NCBI GenBank assembly: GCA_965248695.1
Contig: CBDFKD010000002.1
Span: 4,256,001 to 4,320,000 of the forward strand
Direction of reading: 5' to 3'
DNA: 64,000 bases
Source of the DNA: Acidobacteriota bacterium
Lineage (GTDB): Bacteria > Acidobacteriota > UBA890 > WLXD01
This document shows positions 19,817 through 30,520 of this stretch, piece after piece (the stretch's first letter is position 1; every line of letters begins with the position of its first letter). The position numbers were made by a program, and so were the translations under genes. The notes beneath the pieces were generated by a model. That model did no database searches, was not told where the DNA came from, and was given only the letters and a program-made list of their open reading frames with translations.

Positions 19817-22333
19817 GTGAGTGATCTTCCCAAGCACGCCAACGTGGTGATCGTCGGCGCCGGCATTGTCGGCAACAGCGTCGCCTGGCATCTCGCCCGC
19901 CTTGGTTGGAAGGACATCGTGCAGATCGACCAGGGCCCGTTGCCCAACCCCGGCGGCTCCACCGGGCACGCATCCAACTTCATCTACCCGATGGACCATT
20001 CCAAGGTGATGACCGAGATCACCGCAGACAGCATCCAGCAGTACACGGAGATGGACGTGCTCCGCGAGAGCGGTGGCCTCGAGGTGGCGCGCGATCCGGA
20101 GCGGCTCGTCGAGCTCGGGCGGCGATTGCAGTCGGCCAAGTGCTGGGGAATCGATGCCGAGCTTTTGTCACCCGACGAAACGCTGAAGCTGTTCCCGTGG
20201 ATCGACCGGGACGTCATTCTGGGCTCGTACTGGAGCCCCACCGTCAGCGTTGTCGATTCGTTGCGAGCCGGGACGATCATGCGCGATCGAGCCAAGGAGC
20301 TCGGGGCTCTGAGCGTCTTCCCGAGCACGGAGATTCACGGCATCGATGTTTCGGACGGGCGCGTGACCGGCGTGCGCACCTCGCGCGGCGACATGACCGC
20401 CGAGTACATCGTGGTTGCGTGCGGCGTCTGGAGCCCGCGCATCGCCGCGATGGCCGGGGCAACGATTCCGCTGACGCCGATCATCCATCAGATGATCGAC
20501 GTCGGGCCGATCGAGGCCTTCGAGGGCGCCGAAAGCGAGATCGAGTACCCGATCATCCGCGATATGAGCGTATTGATGTACGAGCGGCAGGCGGGCAATA
20601 ACCTGGAGATCGGATCCTACGCCCACCGCCCGATCATTCATCGCGCTGACGACATCCCGTCCAACGACGAGGCGGCGCTGTCGCCGACGGAGATGCCGTT
20701 CACGCGCGAGGACTTCGACCCTCAGCTGGCGCATGCCATCGAGCTGCTGCCGGAAATGCTCGATCGCGACGATGTGGAGATCCAGTACGCCATCAACGGG
20801 CTGCTGTCGCTGACGCCGGACGGCGAGCCGGTGCTCGGCGAGACCGTCGAGGTCAAGAACCTCTGGTCGGCGGCCGCGGTGTGGATCAAGGAAGGGCCCG
20901 GGGTAGGCCGGATGATCGCTGAATGGATGGTCGACGGTCAGCCGGAGATCGATCCGCACGAGCTCGACATCTCGCGTCTCTACCCGTTCGCGCGCACCGA
21001 GACCCACGTGGTGGCGCGCGCCTGCGAGAGCTTCAACAAGATCTACGGCGTCGTGCATCCAATGGAGCAGTGGGAATCATCGCGCCGTGTTCGCTGCAGC
21101 CCGTTCTACTCGCAGCAGGAAGCCCTGGGAGCGGTGTTCTACGAAACCGCCGGCTGGGAGCGGCCGCACTGGTACGAGTGCAACCGCGATTTGCTGGAGG
21201 AGTACGAGGATCGCATCCCCGAGCGGCCGAACGAGTGGGACTCGCGCTGGTGGTCGCCGATCATCAACGCCGAGCATCTGGCGATGCGCGATCGCGCCGC
21301 CATGGTCGACCTCTCGGCGCTGGCGATCTTCGACGTCTCCGGCCCCGGCGCGCTCGACTACGTCCAGAAGATGGCGGTGAACCAGATGGACGTGTCGGTC
21401 GGCAGAGCCGTTTACACACCGGTGTTGCACCAGAACGGTGGCTTCAAGTCGGACCTGACGATCATGCGTACGGGCGACGAGTCGTTTCGGATCGTCACCG
21501 GTGGCGCCGACGGCAGCCGCGACGAGAAGTGGTTTCGCGCCAACCTGCCGGACGACGGCTCGGTGCACTTCGATAACCGCTCTTCGGCGCTCTGCACGAT
21601 GGGGCTCTGGGGCCCACGCGCGCGCGACATCCTGCAGTCGTTGACGCGTGACGATCTGTCCCACGAGGGTTTCCCGTTCGGTACCGCGCGCCGCGTCCTA
21701 ATCGACCGCGTGCCGGCCTGGGCGCTTCGGATCTCCTACGTCGGTGAGCTCGGCTGGGAGCTCTACATGCCGATGGAGAACGGCCGCACCGTCTGGGACC
21801 TGGTACGAGAGGCGGGATTGTCGGAGGGTGTGATTCCCGCCGGAATCGGTGTCTATGGCACCACCGGCCGACTGGAGAAGGGATACCGACTGTTCGGCGC
21901 CGAGCTCGAGGGGGATACGAACCCGGCCGAGGCGGGTCTGGCGCGCAAGACGGCGAAGCCGCAGGACTTCATCGGCAAGGCAGCCTATGTGCGATCGCTC
22001 GAGAGCGAGGCGGCGGCGACCTTGTGTACCTTGACCGTCGACGACCATACGTCGGCGTCCGGTGAGGCGCGCTACATGCTGGGTCGCGAACCGGTCCTCA
22101 CCCGGGATGGCAAGCGTATCGTCGATGCCCACGGGCGCGGGTCAATAACCACCAGCGCCGGGGCCGGGCCGTCGGTGGGAAAGCACCTGTTGATGGCCTA
22201 CCTGCCGCCGGAACACGCGCAGGTCGGCACCGAGCTGCTGGTGGAGTACTTCGCCGAGCAGTATCCCGTGACCGTCGCGGTGGCCGGCAGCACACCACTG
22301 TTCGATCCTGACAACGAGCGTATGCGGCAGTGA
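19817..22333 (+). CDS. Dimethylglycine/sarcosine dehydrogenase-oxidase family (FAD domain + GcvT folate domain)
   Basis: GAGIVG, GGSTGHA, TPDG, GWERP, ISYVGELGWE, RLEKGY. SD AGGAG precedes GTG 19817. Confidence 0.9.
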   Translation: MSDLPKHANVVIVGAGIVGNSVAWHLARLGWKDIVQIDQGPLPNPGGSTGHASNFIYPMDHSKVMTEITADSIQQYTEMDVLRESGGLEVARDPERLVELGRRLQSAKCWGIDAELLSPDETLKLFPWIDRDVILGSYWSPTVSVVDSLRAGTIMRDRAKELGALSVFPSTEIHGIDVSDGRVTGVRTSRGDMTAEYIVVACGVWSPRIAAMAGATIPLTPIIHQMIDVGPIEAFEGAESEIEYPIIRDMSVLMYERQAGNNLEIGSYAHRPIIHRADDIPSNDEAALSPTEMPFTREDFDPQLAHAIELLPEMLDRDDVEIQYAINGLLSLTPDGEPVLGETVEVKNLWSAAAVWIKEGPGVGRMIAEWMVDGQPEIDPHELDISRLYPFARTETHVVARACESFNKIYGVVHPMEQWESSRRVRCSPFYSQQEALGAVFYETAGWERPHWYECNRDLLEEYEDRIPERPNEWDSRWWSPIINAEHLAMRDRAAMVDLSALAIFDVSGPGALDYVQKMAVNQMDVSVGRAVYTPVLHQNGGFKSDLTIMRTGDESFRIVTGGADGSRDEKWFRANLPDDGSVHFDNRSSALCTMGLWGPRARDILQSLTRDDLSHEGFPFGTARRVLIDRVPAWALRISYVGELGWELYMPMENGRTVWDLVREAGLSEGVIPAGIGVYGTTGRLEKGYRLFGAELEGDTNPAEAGLARKTAKPQDFIGKAAYVRSLESEAAATLCTLTVDDHTSASGEARYMLGREPVLTRDGKRIVDAHGRGSITTSAGAGPSVGKHLLMAYLPPEHAQVGTELLVEYFAEQYPVTVAVAGSTPLFDPDNERMRQ

Positions 22334-22358
22334 GCCATCTAAGCGACGGTCGACGCCA

Positions 22359-23126
22359 ATGAACATCCTCGTTTGTGTCAAACGAGTGCCCGACACCGGC
22401 GCCAAGCTAGTGCTCACCGAGGACGCACGGGCGGTGGACACGCGTCGCCTCGGGTTCACGATCAGTCCGCACGAGGAGTGCGCCGTCGAGGAGGCGGTGC
22501 AGATCGTCGAGCGCGAGGGCGGCGAGGCCGTCGTGTTGACCCTCGGTCCGGCGGAGGCCGAGGAGCAGCTGCGCGACTCGATGGCGCGTGGCATGGACCG
22601 CGCGGTCTTGCTGGAGACCGACGATCAGGAGTGGGATCCACAGCGCACCGCAGCAGCGATCGCCGAATCGGTGCAGCGTGAGGCCGAGGCAGGACACCAC
22701 TACGACCTGATCATGTTCGGCAACGAGTCTGCCGACAGCGGCGACTTCCAGGTCGGTATCCGCGTTGCCCATGCGCTCGAGCTGCCCTGCGTCACCGGCG
22801 CCAAGGGCATCGAGGTGCGTGGCGACGTGATCGAGGCGCGGCGTGAGATTGCGGCCGGATGGGAAGTCTACGAGGTAGCGACCCCGGTTGTGATCACGAC
22901 CAAGGAAGGGTTGAACCTGCCACGCTATCCGTCGCTGCGGGGCACCATGGGCGCCAAGCGAAAGCCGCTCGAGCGCAGCTCACCGTCGCACGATGCGGGG
23001 GAGCTGCAGTTGCAGCGTCTGACCCAGCCCCCCGATCAGGGCAAGGAGGTCGAGATTCTCGGCGAGGGCCCGTCGGCAGCACCGCGGGTGGTCGAAGTGC
23101 TCGAAAAGCTGGAGTTGCTCGGATGA
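22359..23126 (+). CDS. etfB: Electron transfer flavoprotein beta subunit
   Basis: ILVCVKRVPD, AVEEA, GNESADSG, NLPRYPS. Confidence 0.93.
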   Translation: MNILVCVKRVPDTGAKLVLTEDARAVDTRRLGFTISPHEECAVEEAVQIVEREGGEAVVLTLGPAEAEEQLRDSMARGMDRAVLLETDDQEWDPQRTAAAIAESVQREAEAGHHYDLIMFGNESADSGDFQVGIRVAHALELPCVTGAKGIEVRGDVIEARREIAAGWEVYEVATPVVITTKEGLNLPRYPSLRGTMGAKRKPLERSSPSHDAGELQLQRLTQPPDQGKEVEILGEGPSAAPRVVEVLEKLELLG

Positions 23127-24088
23127 TCCTGGCGCTCATCGAACACGACCGCGGCGAGCTCGATGCCGCCACGCTGCAGATGCTGACCCTGGGGCGTGAT
23201 CTGGCGGAGCAGACCGGAACAACTCTCGAGGCGGCGCTGATCGGCGACGATGCGGCGGCGCTGGAGGAGACCATCAAGGCGTACGGGCCCACCACGATCC
23301 ACCGTGTCACCCATCCGTTGCTGGACGACTACGCGCCGGCTGCGTGGGGCGAGGCGCTGCTGCAGCTGCAGCGGGCGCGTGGTGCAGAGGCCATCCTGGC
23401 GCCGGGGACCGACCGCGGCAACGAGGTTCTGGCGCACGCGGCCGCCAAGACCGGGCTCGCGATGGCAGCGAATTGCGCCCAGGTACAGGCCGGAGACGCA
23501 TACAGCGTGGTGCGGCTGCGCTGGGGAAGCAGCTTGCTGGAGCAGGCGGAGCTGAGCGGCGACGTCAAGCTCCTCAGCGTTGCTCCGCACACCGTCGAGG
23601 CAACCGAGGCGCCGGCCCAGGAGGTTGTCGTGGAGACCTTCGAGCCTGATCTCGCGGACGAGGATCTGCGCGTCAAAGTAACCCGGCGGGAGGAGACGGC
23701 GAGCTCGGGCGTAACGTTGAAGACCGCTCGGCTGGTGGTCGGCGGCGGCCGCGGCGTTGGCAGCGCCGAAGGGTTCGCCGTTCTGGAGGAGCTCGCCGAG
23801 GTTCTCGGCGGGATCGTCGGCGGCTCCCGCGTTGCCACGAACAACGGCTGGCGACCGCATACGAATCAAGTTGGCCTCACCGGGACGCGTATCGCACCGC
23901 AGCTCTATATTGCTTGCGGAATCAGCGGCGCCATCCAGCACCTGGTTGGTTGCAAGGGCGCCAAGCAGATCATGGTGATCAACACGGACCCCGACGCGCC
24001 CTTCTTCTCCAAGGCGGACTACGGTGTCGTCGGTGATCTGCACGAGGTTGTGCCGGCCCTGGTTGCCGAGATCCGCAAGCGCGGCTAG
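23123..24088 (+). CDS. etfA: Electron transfer flavoprotein alpha subunit
   Basis: GGGRGVG, QVGLTG, GISGAIQH, INTDPDAP; ATGA overlap with etfB. Confidence 0.93.
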   Translation: MILALIEHDRGELDAATLQMLTLGRDLAEQTGTTLEAALIGDDAAALEETIKAYGPTTIHRVTHPLLDDYAPAAWGEALLQLQRARGAEAILAPGTDRGNEVLAHAAAKTGLAMAANCAQVQAGDAYSVVRLRWGSSLLEQAELSGDVKLLSVAPHTVEATEAPAQEVVVETFEPDLADEDLRVKVTRREETASSGVTLKTARLVVGGGRGVGSAEGFAVLEELAEVLGGIVGGSRVATNNGWRPHTNQVGLTGTRIAPQLYIACGISGAIQHLVGCKGAKQIMVINTDPDAPFFSKADYGVVGDLHEVVPALVAEIRKRG

Positions 24089-25629
24089 ACAAGCGCGTCA
24101 GGCATGGACGCCTTGCGGCGGGCGATGAACTCGAGCAGCTCCTCGTCGATCGCCGCATCGATCGGCGGCGGCTCGTACGAGGCGAGTTGCTCCTTCCAGA
24201 GGCGATTGGCGCGCTGCGCCGCCGTCGTACTGCCATCCTCTTCCCATTGCTCGAAGCTCGAGTTGTCGGCCACCGACGAGCGGTAGAAGGCTTGCTCGAA
24301 ATTCGCCAACGTGTGAGCGCTTCCGAGGAAATGCTGTCCGGGCTCGTTTTCCCGAATCGCGTCGAGCGCCTGGCCGTTGTCGGAAAGATCGATGCCCTTG
24401 GCAAACACCTGCATCATCCCGAGCTGGTCGGCGTCCATGACGAACTTCTCGTAGCCGACCGACAGGCCGCCTTCCAGCCAGCCGGCGGCGTGCAAGACGA
24501 AGTTCACCCCCGCCATCAACGCCGGGATCAACGTGGCCTGGCTCTCGTAGGCCGCTTGCGCGTCGGGGACTTTGGAGGCGGTGAGGGCGCCGCCCGAGCG
24601 GAACGGCACGCCGAGCCGGCGGGCGAGGGCAGCCATCGCATAGAGAGTCAGGGCAGCCTCCGGCGTTCCGAACGTCGGCGCTCCGGTCAGCATCGACATC
24701 GAGCTCGCGAACGATCCGAAGATCACCGGCGCCCCGGGCCGGACGAGCTGCACGAACGTCATGCCGGCCAGCGCCTCCGCCAAGGTCTGCGCGGCGACCC
24801 CGGCGGCGGTGACCGGGGCCATCGCCCCGGCAAGGATGAACGGAGTCACCAGGTTCGCCTGGTTGTGCTGCGCGTAGACGTCCATTGCCGCCAGCATCGA
24901 GGCGTCCCACACGAGCGGCGACGACGCGTTGATGAGGCTGGTCAGGACGGTGCGGTCGGCGAGATCGCCGCCGAAGGCGATGCGCGCCAGCTCGAAGCTA
25001 TCCGTGGCGCGGTCGCCGGCGGTTACCGACCCCATGAAGGGCTTGTCGCTGTAGCGGATGTGGGCGTACACCATGTCGAGATGGCGTTTGTTCACCGGCA
25101 CGTCGACCGGCTCGCAGACGGTGCCGCCGGAGTGATGCAGGTAGGGTGACAGGTAGGCCAGCTTCACCAGGTTCTGGAAATCCTCGATGGTGCCGTATCG
25201 ACGGCCGCGGTCGAGATCGGTGACGAAAGGTGAGCCGTAGTTGGGGACGAACACGGTGGCATCGCCGCCCACGGTGACGCTGCGTGCCGGGTTGCGCGCG
25301 TGCTGGACATAGCTCGAGGGGGCGTTCGTGCTGACGATCTGCCGACACATGCCGGCCGGAAATCGAACCCGCTCGCCATCGATGTCGGCTCCGGCGTCGC
25401 GCAACAGCTCGAGGGCGCGAGGGTAGTCACGGAACTCGATACCGACCTCCTCGAGGATCGTGTCGGCGTTGCGCTCGAGGATCTCGAGCCCCTCGTCACC
25501 AACGAGGTCGATAGGCGCCAGGGTGCGCGTCAGAAACGGCGCGGCTGCCGGGGACGCCGCCTCCCGGGCCGCCTTGCGTGCCGCTCTTCCGCCGCCGCCT
25601 CGCCGGCGTCCGGAACGCCTCTCGGTCAA
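24085..25629 (-). CDS. Non-pyrrolysine MttB-superfamily (MtgB-like) methyltransferase
   Basis: ILEEVGIEF, ARNP, HSGGTVCEP, SDKPFMG, GAMAPVT, SKVPDAQAAYE, HAAGWLEGG. TTG start with GGAGGG SD; no in-frame TAG. Confidence 0.9.
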   Translation of the reverse strand: MTERRSGRRRGGGGRAARKAAREAASPAAAPFLTRTLAPIDLVGDEGLEILERNADTILEEVGIEFRDYPRALELLRDAGADIDGERVRFPAGMCRQIVSTNAPSSYVQHARNPARSVTVGGDATVFVPNYGSPFVTDLDRGRRYGTIEDFQNLVKLAYLSPYLHHSGGTVCEPVDVPVNKRHLDMVYAHIRYSDKPFMGSVTAGDRATDSFELARIAFGGDLADRTVLTSLINASSPLVWDASMLAAMDVYAQHNQANLVTPFILAGAMAPVTAAGVAAQTLAEALAGMTFVQLVRPGAPVIFGSFASSMSMLTGAPTFGTPEAALTLYAMAALARRLGVPFRSGGALTASKVPDAQAAYESQATLIPALMAGVNFVLHAAGWLEGGLSVGYEKFVMDADQLGMMQVFAKGIDLSDNGQALDAIRENEPGQHFLGSAHTLANFEQAFYRSSVADNSSFEQWEEDGSTTAAQRANRLWKEQLASYEPPPIDAAIDEELLEFIARRKASMPDALV

Positions 25630-25754
25630 CTTCTCCCTCCAATCCAGGCACCACCAGTCTCCGCTCCACGAAGCCGGGCAGCTACACACAGCCGCGCGCG
25701 GATTGTAGCCTGCGTCAGCGATCGAGCAAACGAGGGGCAAAGGAGGCGACAGCA

Positions 25755-27446
25755 ATGCGGTGGTCCACGACGTCCCGACTCTCACTTGCCGCCGTGGCGA
25801 TCTGTTGCCTGTCGGCCTACGCGCCCGGCGGCCCGTCTCCCTTTGATCTGCTGATCGAGAACGGCAGGCTGATCGACGGCACCGGAAATCCCTGGTTCGC
25901 AGCCGATGTCGGAATCGTCGGCGACACGATCGTGGAGATCGGCAACCTCGCAGGCAGACGGGCGAGGCGTACGATTGACGCGGCCGGCCGGGTGGTCAGC
26001 CCCGGGCTCATCGACATGCACACCCACGTTTCCAGTGCGTTCGATCAGCCCGAAACCGCGTCGGTGCTCAACTACCTGTACCAGGGTGTCACCACCGTGC
26101 GGCCGGGATCGGATGGCGGCGCGTCGCATCGCGTCTCGGAGACCAAGGACCGATGGGAAGCGAACGGAATGGGCATGAATGCCGTCCACATGGTCGGTTT
26201 CAATACCGTTCGCCGCGAGGTCATGGGGTTCGATTTCCTCCGCCCGGCCCGCGGCGACGAGATCGAGCAGATGCGGGCGCTCGTACGAAAGGCGATGCGC
26301 GAGGGCTCCTGGGGAATCAGCGCCGGGCTCGAATACGAAGGCCTACACCTGCACGCCAGTACCGACGAGCTCATCGAAGTCACCAGCTCGGTGGCCGAGT
26401 TCGAAGGCATCTACATCTCGCATATGCGCGACGAGGGCATCCACTTGCTGGACTCGATCCGCGAGATCGTCCGGATCAGCGAGGAGGCATCGGTGCCGGT
26501 GAGCGTCACCCACATGAAAGCGGCCGGGCGTCTTCAGTGGGGCCTGATGACGGAGGCGGTGGCGCTCATCCAGGAAGCACGCGACCGCGGCGTGCGGATC
26601 ACCGCCGACCAGTACCCGTGGGACCAGTCGGCGCCGTTCGGCTACATCACCGACCTGGTCGATGTCCCCAATGACATGGAGGAGCTGGCGGAGCTGCGCG
26701 ATCGAAGCCAGGATCGCCGACTGTCGTACGCCGAACGAACCCAGGCGCGGGCGCGGTTCGTCCCGGCGCTGCAGCAGGCGCTCCAAGACGCTCAGCAGCG
26801 CGAGCTGATGCGTGCTTCCACCTACGAGGAGCGCGAGGCCGACTGGAGTCCGGTAGCCAAGTGGGGCTGGCAGGACTTCCGCATCAAGCACACGACCCGA
26901 CATCCGGAGTTGCTGGAGAGGAACCTGCTGGACCTCGAGCGCGAGCAGGGACGGGACGGTTTCGACATCGCCGCAGAGTTGGTGCTCTCCGAGCCCGACA
27001 TGCTGTACGCCGGCGGCTCGATGTCGCCCGATGATCTGCGCCACGCGATGTCCCAGCCGTGGGTGATGATCAGCAGCGACGGGGCCGGTCCGTTGGCGCC
27101 CGAAGAGCACGCCGTACCCAGCCACCCCCGCTCGTTTGCCAGCCAGGCAGTTGCGCTGCGTCAGTATGTGCGCGACGAGGGCCTGCTGACGCTCGTCGAC
27201 GCGATCCGTAAGATGACCTCGCTGCCGGCTCAGCTTCTCGGCATGCGCGATCGGGGGCTGATCGTCGAGGGGTTCAAGGCGGATCTCGCAGTGTTCGACC
27301 CGGCGCGCGTCGAGGACCGCGCCACCTGGTCGGATGCGCACCGCTATGCTACCGGGATCGACTACGTGATCGTCAACGGCGAGGTAAGCATCGATGCCGG
27401 TGAGTTCAACGGCGGGCGCCACGGCAGGCTGCTGTTGAAGCGATGA
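25755..27446 (+). CDS. Secreted N-acyl-D-amino-acid deacylase family amidohydrolase
   Basis: IDGTGNP, PGLIDMHTH, SHMRDE, HPRSF, KMTSLPA, GFKADL. Confidence 0.88.
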   Translation: MRWSTTSRLSLAAVAICCLSAYAPGGPSPFDLLIENGRLIDGTGNPWFAADVGIVGDTIVEIGNLAGRRARRTIDAAGRVVSPGLIDMHTHVSSAFDQPETASVLNYLYQGVTTVRPGSDGGASHRVSETKDRWEANGMGMNAVHMVGFNTVRREVMGFDFLRPARGDEIEQMRALVRKAMREGSWGISAGLEYEGLHLHASTDELIEVTSSVAEFEGIYISHMRDEGIHLLDSIREIVRISEEASVPVSVTHMKAAGRLQWGLMTEAVALIQEARDRGVRITADQYPWDQSAPFGYITDLVDVPNDMEELAELRDRSQDRRLSYAERTQARARFVPALQQALQDAQQRELMRASTYEEREADWSPVAKWGWQDFRIKHTTRHPELLERNLLDLEREQGRDGFDIAAELVLSEPDMLYAGGSMSPDDLRHAMSQPWVMISSDGAGPLAPEEHAVPSHPRSFASQAVALRQYVRDEGLLTLVDAIRKMTSLPAQLLGMRDRGLIVEGFKADLAVFDPARVEDRATWSDAHRYATGIDYVIVNGEVSIDAGEFNGGRHGRLLLKR

Positions 27447-29017
27447 GCGGTTCCGCGCGTTTCGTCGGTCGCGCCGGCGTCGCGTCGTTGCTGCTAGCAG
27501 GTCTTACGGCAACCGGCAGCGCGCGCACGATGCCGGTGGCGGAGTCCGTCGGCGCGCCTCTAGTGTTCACCGATGTGACCGTTGCCGCCGGACTCCTGCT
27601 CGAGCATCGCTTCGATGCTGGGTTCTCGGACGTCGGAATGGCTGCCTGGGCTTCAGGAGGCATCGCCGCGGGGGACGTCGACGGTGACGGCTACATCGAC
27701 CTCATCATGGTGCGTGCGGATGCCGGTCGGCCGGCCTTGCTGCTCAACCGGCGCGACGGGACGTTCGCCGCACCGCGGCCGATCCACGAGCTGGACCTGT
27801 GGTCCGCCGGGACGACCCTGGGTGATTTCGACGGTGATGGCCGTCTCGATCTGATCAGCGGCAACGTCGGCTCAGGGCAACCGCAGCTGCTGAGCGGTCG
27901 GCCTGGCGGCCGCTTCATAGACACCGGTGCCGGAGCCGCCGTCCGCACGACCAAGAACACCTTCTCGACTTCGCTGGCGGACTTCGACCGCGACGGAGAC
28001 CTGGATCTGGCGACCGCTCACTGGGATCAGAACTGCCGTGATGGCTGCGCCGGTGACCATCTGTGGCAGAACGACGGCGCCGGTGCGTTCGGCCTCGTCG
28101 ACCCACAGTGGCGGCTGCCAGGCTACGAGGAGGACTACTCGTTCAGTCCGAACTTCGCCGACGTCAACTCCGACGGTTGGCCCGACCTGTTGATGACCTC
28201 CGACCTCAGCACCAGCCGCGTGTTCCTCAACGATCACGGACGCGGGTGGGTCGAGAGCACGGACCGAGACGTGATTACCGACAAGAACGGCATGGGCGCC
28301 GCCGTCGGCGACTACGACAACGACGGCGATCTGGACTGGTTCGTCACCAGTATCTGGTACGAGGCCAACGCGGACAGCGGCAACCGCCTCTATCGCAATC
28401 ATGGCGACGGCGTGTTCAGCGACGTCACCACTCGCGCAAGGGTGCGCAACGGCGGCTGGGGATGGGGCGCCTGCTTCGCCGATTTCGACAACGATGGCTG
28501 GCTGGACATCTTCCACACCAACGGCTGGTTCGACTATGGCCCCGATCGGTCCAGGCTGTTCATGAACCGCCGCGGACGCTTTCGCGAGCGCGCCGAGCTC
28601 CACGGGATCGTCGACGAGCGCTCAGGTCGAGCCGTCTCCTGTCTCGACTTCGACCGCGATGGCGACACCGACATCCTGGTTGGCAACCACAACGATTCGC
28701 CACGCTTGTATCGAAACGATGGGGGCAACACCCGATCGTACCTCGACGTCGTGCTGTCGGACGACGGTCCGAACACCGCCGGCGTGGGGGCGCGCGTGTT
28801 CGTGACGGCCAACGGCGTCACCCAGATGCGCGAGCTTCGTTGTGGGACCAACTACGTGTCGCAGGATCCGGTCGAGGCGCACTTCGGGCTCGACAGCGCC
28901 AGCAGCGCACGGGTCCGCGTGGTGTGGCCGGATGGCCAGACCCAGTCGCTTGGCAGGGTGGCCGCGAACCAGCTAGTGGTGGTCGAACGGCTCGTCGACG
29001 CGGATCCCGAGCCATAG
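27443..29017 (+). CDS. CRTAC1-family protein (FG-GAP/VCBS repeats + ASPIC/UnbV)
   Basis: Repeated DxDxDGxxD motifs; C-terminal NTAGVGARV...HFGL...VVWPDG. Confidence 0.88.
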   Translation: MSGSARFVGRAGVASLLLAGLTATGSARTMPVAESVGAPLVFTDVTVAAGLLLEHRFDAGFSDVGMAAWASGGIAAGDVDGDGYIDLIMVRADAGRPALLLNRRDGTFAAPRPIHELDLWSAGTTLGDFDGDGRLDLISGNVGSGQPQLLSGRPGGRFIDTGAGAAVRTTKNTFSTSLADFDRDGDLDLATAHWDQNCRDGCAGDHLWQNDGAGAFGLVDPQWRLPGYEEDYSFSPNFADVNSDGWPDLLMTSDLSTSRVFLNDHGRGWVESTDRDVITDKNGMGAAVGDYDNDGDLDWFVTSIWYEANADSGNRLYRNHGDGVFSDVTTRARVRNGGWGWGACFADFDNDGWLDIFHTNGWFDYGPDRSRLFMNRRGRFRERAELHGIVDERSGRAVSCLDFDRDGDTDILVGNHNDSPRLYRNDGGNTRSYLDVVLSDDGPNTAGVGARVFVTANGVTQMRELRCGTNYVSQDPVEAHFGLDSASSARVRVVWPDGQTQSLGRVAANQLVVVERLVDADPEP

Positions 29018-30307
29018 CAGCCCGGCCACGATCGCCATGATCGCGCCCGTGCCGATGGCTCCGCTCCACCCGAACCAGCCCACGAAGATGGGGATCAGCG
29101 GCGCCGAAATGACTCCGCCGAGGTTGCCGCCGGTGTTCAGGATGCCCGTGCCGGTGTAGGTGTGCTTGCCGGACACGAAGCTGGTTCCGGCCCAGAAGGT
29201 GCCCTCGCTAAACTGCGTCAGGCTGAAGCTGATCGTCAGCAGGACGATCGCCAGCGGGGTGCTTTCGGCCAGCGCCCCGAACATGAGAAAGACGCCTACG
29301 AGCGGCAATGCGACAAGGCAAGGGAGACGACACCCGCGACGCGGTCCCAGGCTGCGGCAGAGTCGGTCGCACGCCTCGCCACCTATTGACGCCATGACGG
29401 CGCCGGCGAGCCACGGCAACGAGGCGATGAATCCGCCCTCCAGCATCCCGAATCCGCGCACGTCGAGCAGGTAGACGTAGAACCAGTTGAAGAAAAAGTA
29501 GAAGACGTAGTTCATGCACAGGTAGCTCAGGGTCATCAGCAGGATGTTGCGATCGCGCAGCATCCGCTTCCAGAGCCCGGTCTCGGGCGGCTGGGCCGAG
29601 AGATCGGTGTCGGGACGTTCGCCGTCCACAGGGTTCTCTCGACCGGCCCGGATCAGCGCGATCTCGGCGGCGTTGGTGGCCCAGTGCTGCCGAGGGTCGT
29701 CGCGACCCAGTCGCCACCAGATCCAGGCCCCGAGTATCGCTAGCGGCGCAGTGGCGTAGAAGGCGCCACGCCAGCCGATCTCGATCATCAGCCAGGCGAT
29801 GAGCGGCGGGGTGACGGCGGCGCCCAGCCCCAGACCGGTACTGGAGATCCCCTGCGGGAGCGCCCAGCGGCCGACCGGAAACCAGCGCTCGATAGCACCA
29901 CCCAGCACAGGGTAGATGGGTGCGCGGGCTGCGCCGAGGGCGAATCGGAGGACCACTAGCGTCAAGAAGACGCCCAGACTGCCCGTGGCGATCGTTCCCG
30001 GAAGGAGTGCCGTGAGAGCGGTGATCACGCCCCAGGCCGCTGCGATGATGGTGAGCACGCGCCGGGCTCCGACGCGCTGCCCCCACATTCCGCCTGGAAG
30101 CTGGAACAGCGAGTATCCCCAGAGCATCGAGCTGAATATCCACCCCATCTGGACGTCCGAGATGCCGAGCTCCTCGGTGAGGAACGGCGCCGCGATCGAG
30201 AGGTTCAGTCCGACTACATATGAGACGAAGCTGAGGCCGAACAGCAGACCGAGAATTCGCCATCGAGCGATCGTGGGACGGTCAGTGCTTGTCGGTGTGG
30301 GTGTCAT
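28973..30307 (-). CDS. MFS transporter (anion:cation symporter-like)
   Basis: About 12 TM segments; QLPGG..GQRVGARR, ERWFP, GWRGAF, NTGGNLGG. Confidence 0.88.
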   Translation of the reverse strand: MTPTPTSTDRPTIARWRILGLLFGLSFVSYVVGLNLSIAAPFLTEELGISDVQMGWIFSSMLWGYSLFQLPGGMWGQRVGARRVLTIIAAAWGVITALTALLPGTIATGSLGVFLTLVVLRFALGAARAPIYPVLGGAIERWFPVGRWALPQGISSTGLGLGAAVTPPLIAWLMIEIGWRGAFYATAPLAILGAWIWWRLGRDDPRQHWATNAAEIALIRAGRENPVDGERPDTDLSAQPPETGLWKRMLRDRNILLMTLSYLCMNYVFYFFFNWFYVYLLDVRGFGMLEGGFIASLPWLAGAVMASIGGEACDRLCRSLGPRRGCRLPCLVALPLVGVFLMFGALAESTPLAIVLLTISFSLTQFSEGTFWAGTSFVSGKHTYTGTGILNTGGNLGGVISAPLIPIFVGWFGWSGAIGTGAIMAIVAGLLWLGIRVDEPFDHH

Positions 30308-30520
30308 GAGATCTCGAACGACTCGCCGCCGTCGGCGTCTTGGAAGTCCTTCAGAACCCGCAGACCCTACTGGAACATGCGGGCCGAAGCCACGCTGCCC
30401 TGAGAGCGGCGAGCCGATTCCACCGCGCTTTGCGCGTTCAAAGGCGTACGGGAAGTCTTCTTGAACGCCCGGCGCGATCGCGAATGTCGCTGCCGCCAGC
30501 ACGGACAAACGGAGAGAGCG

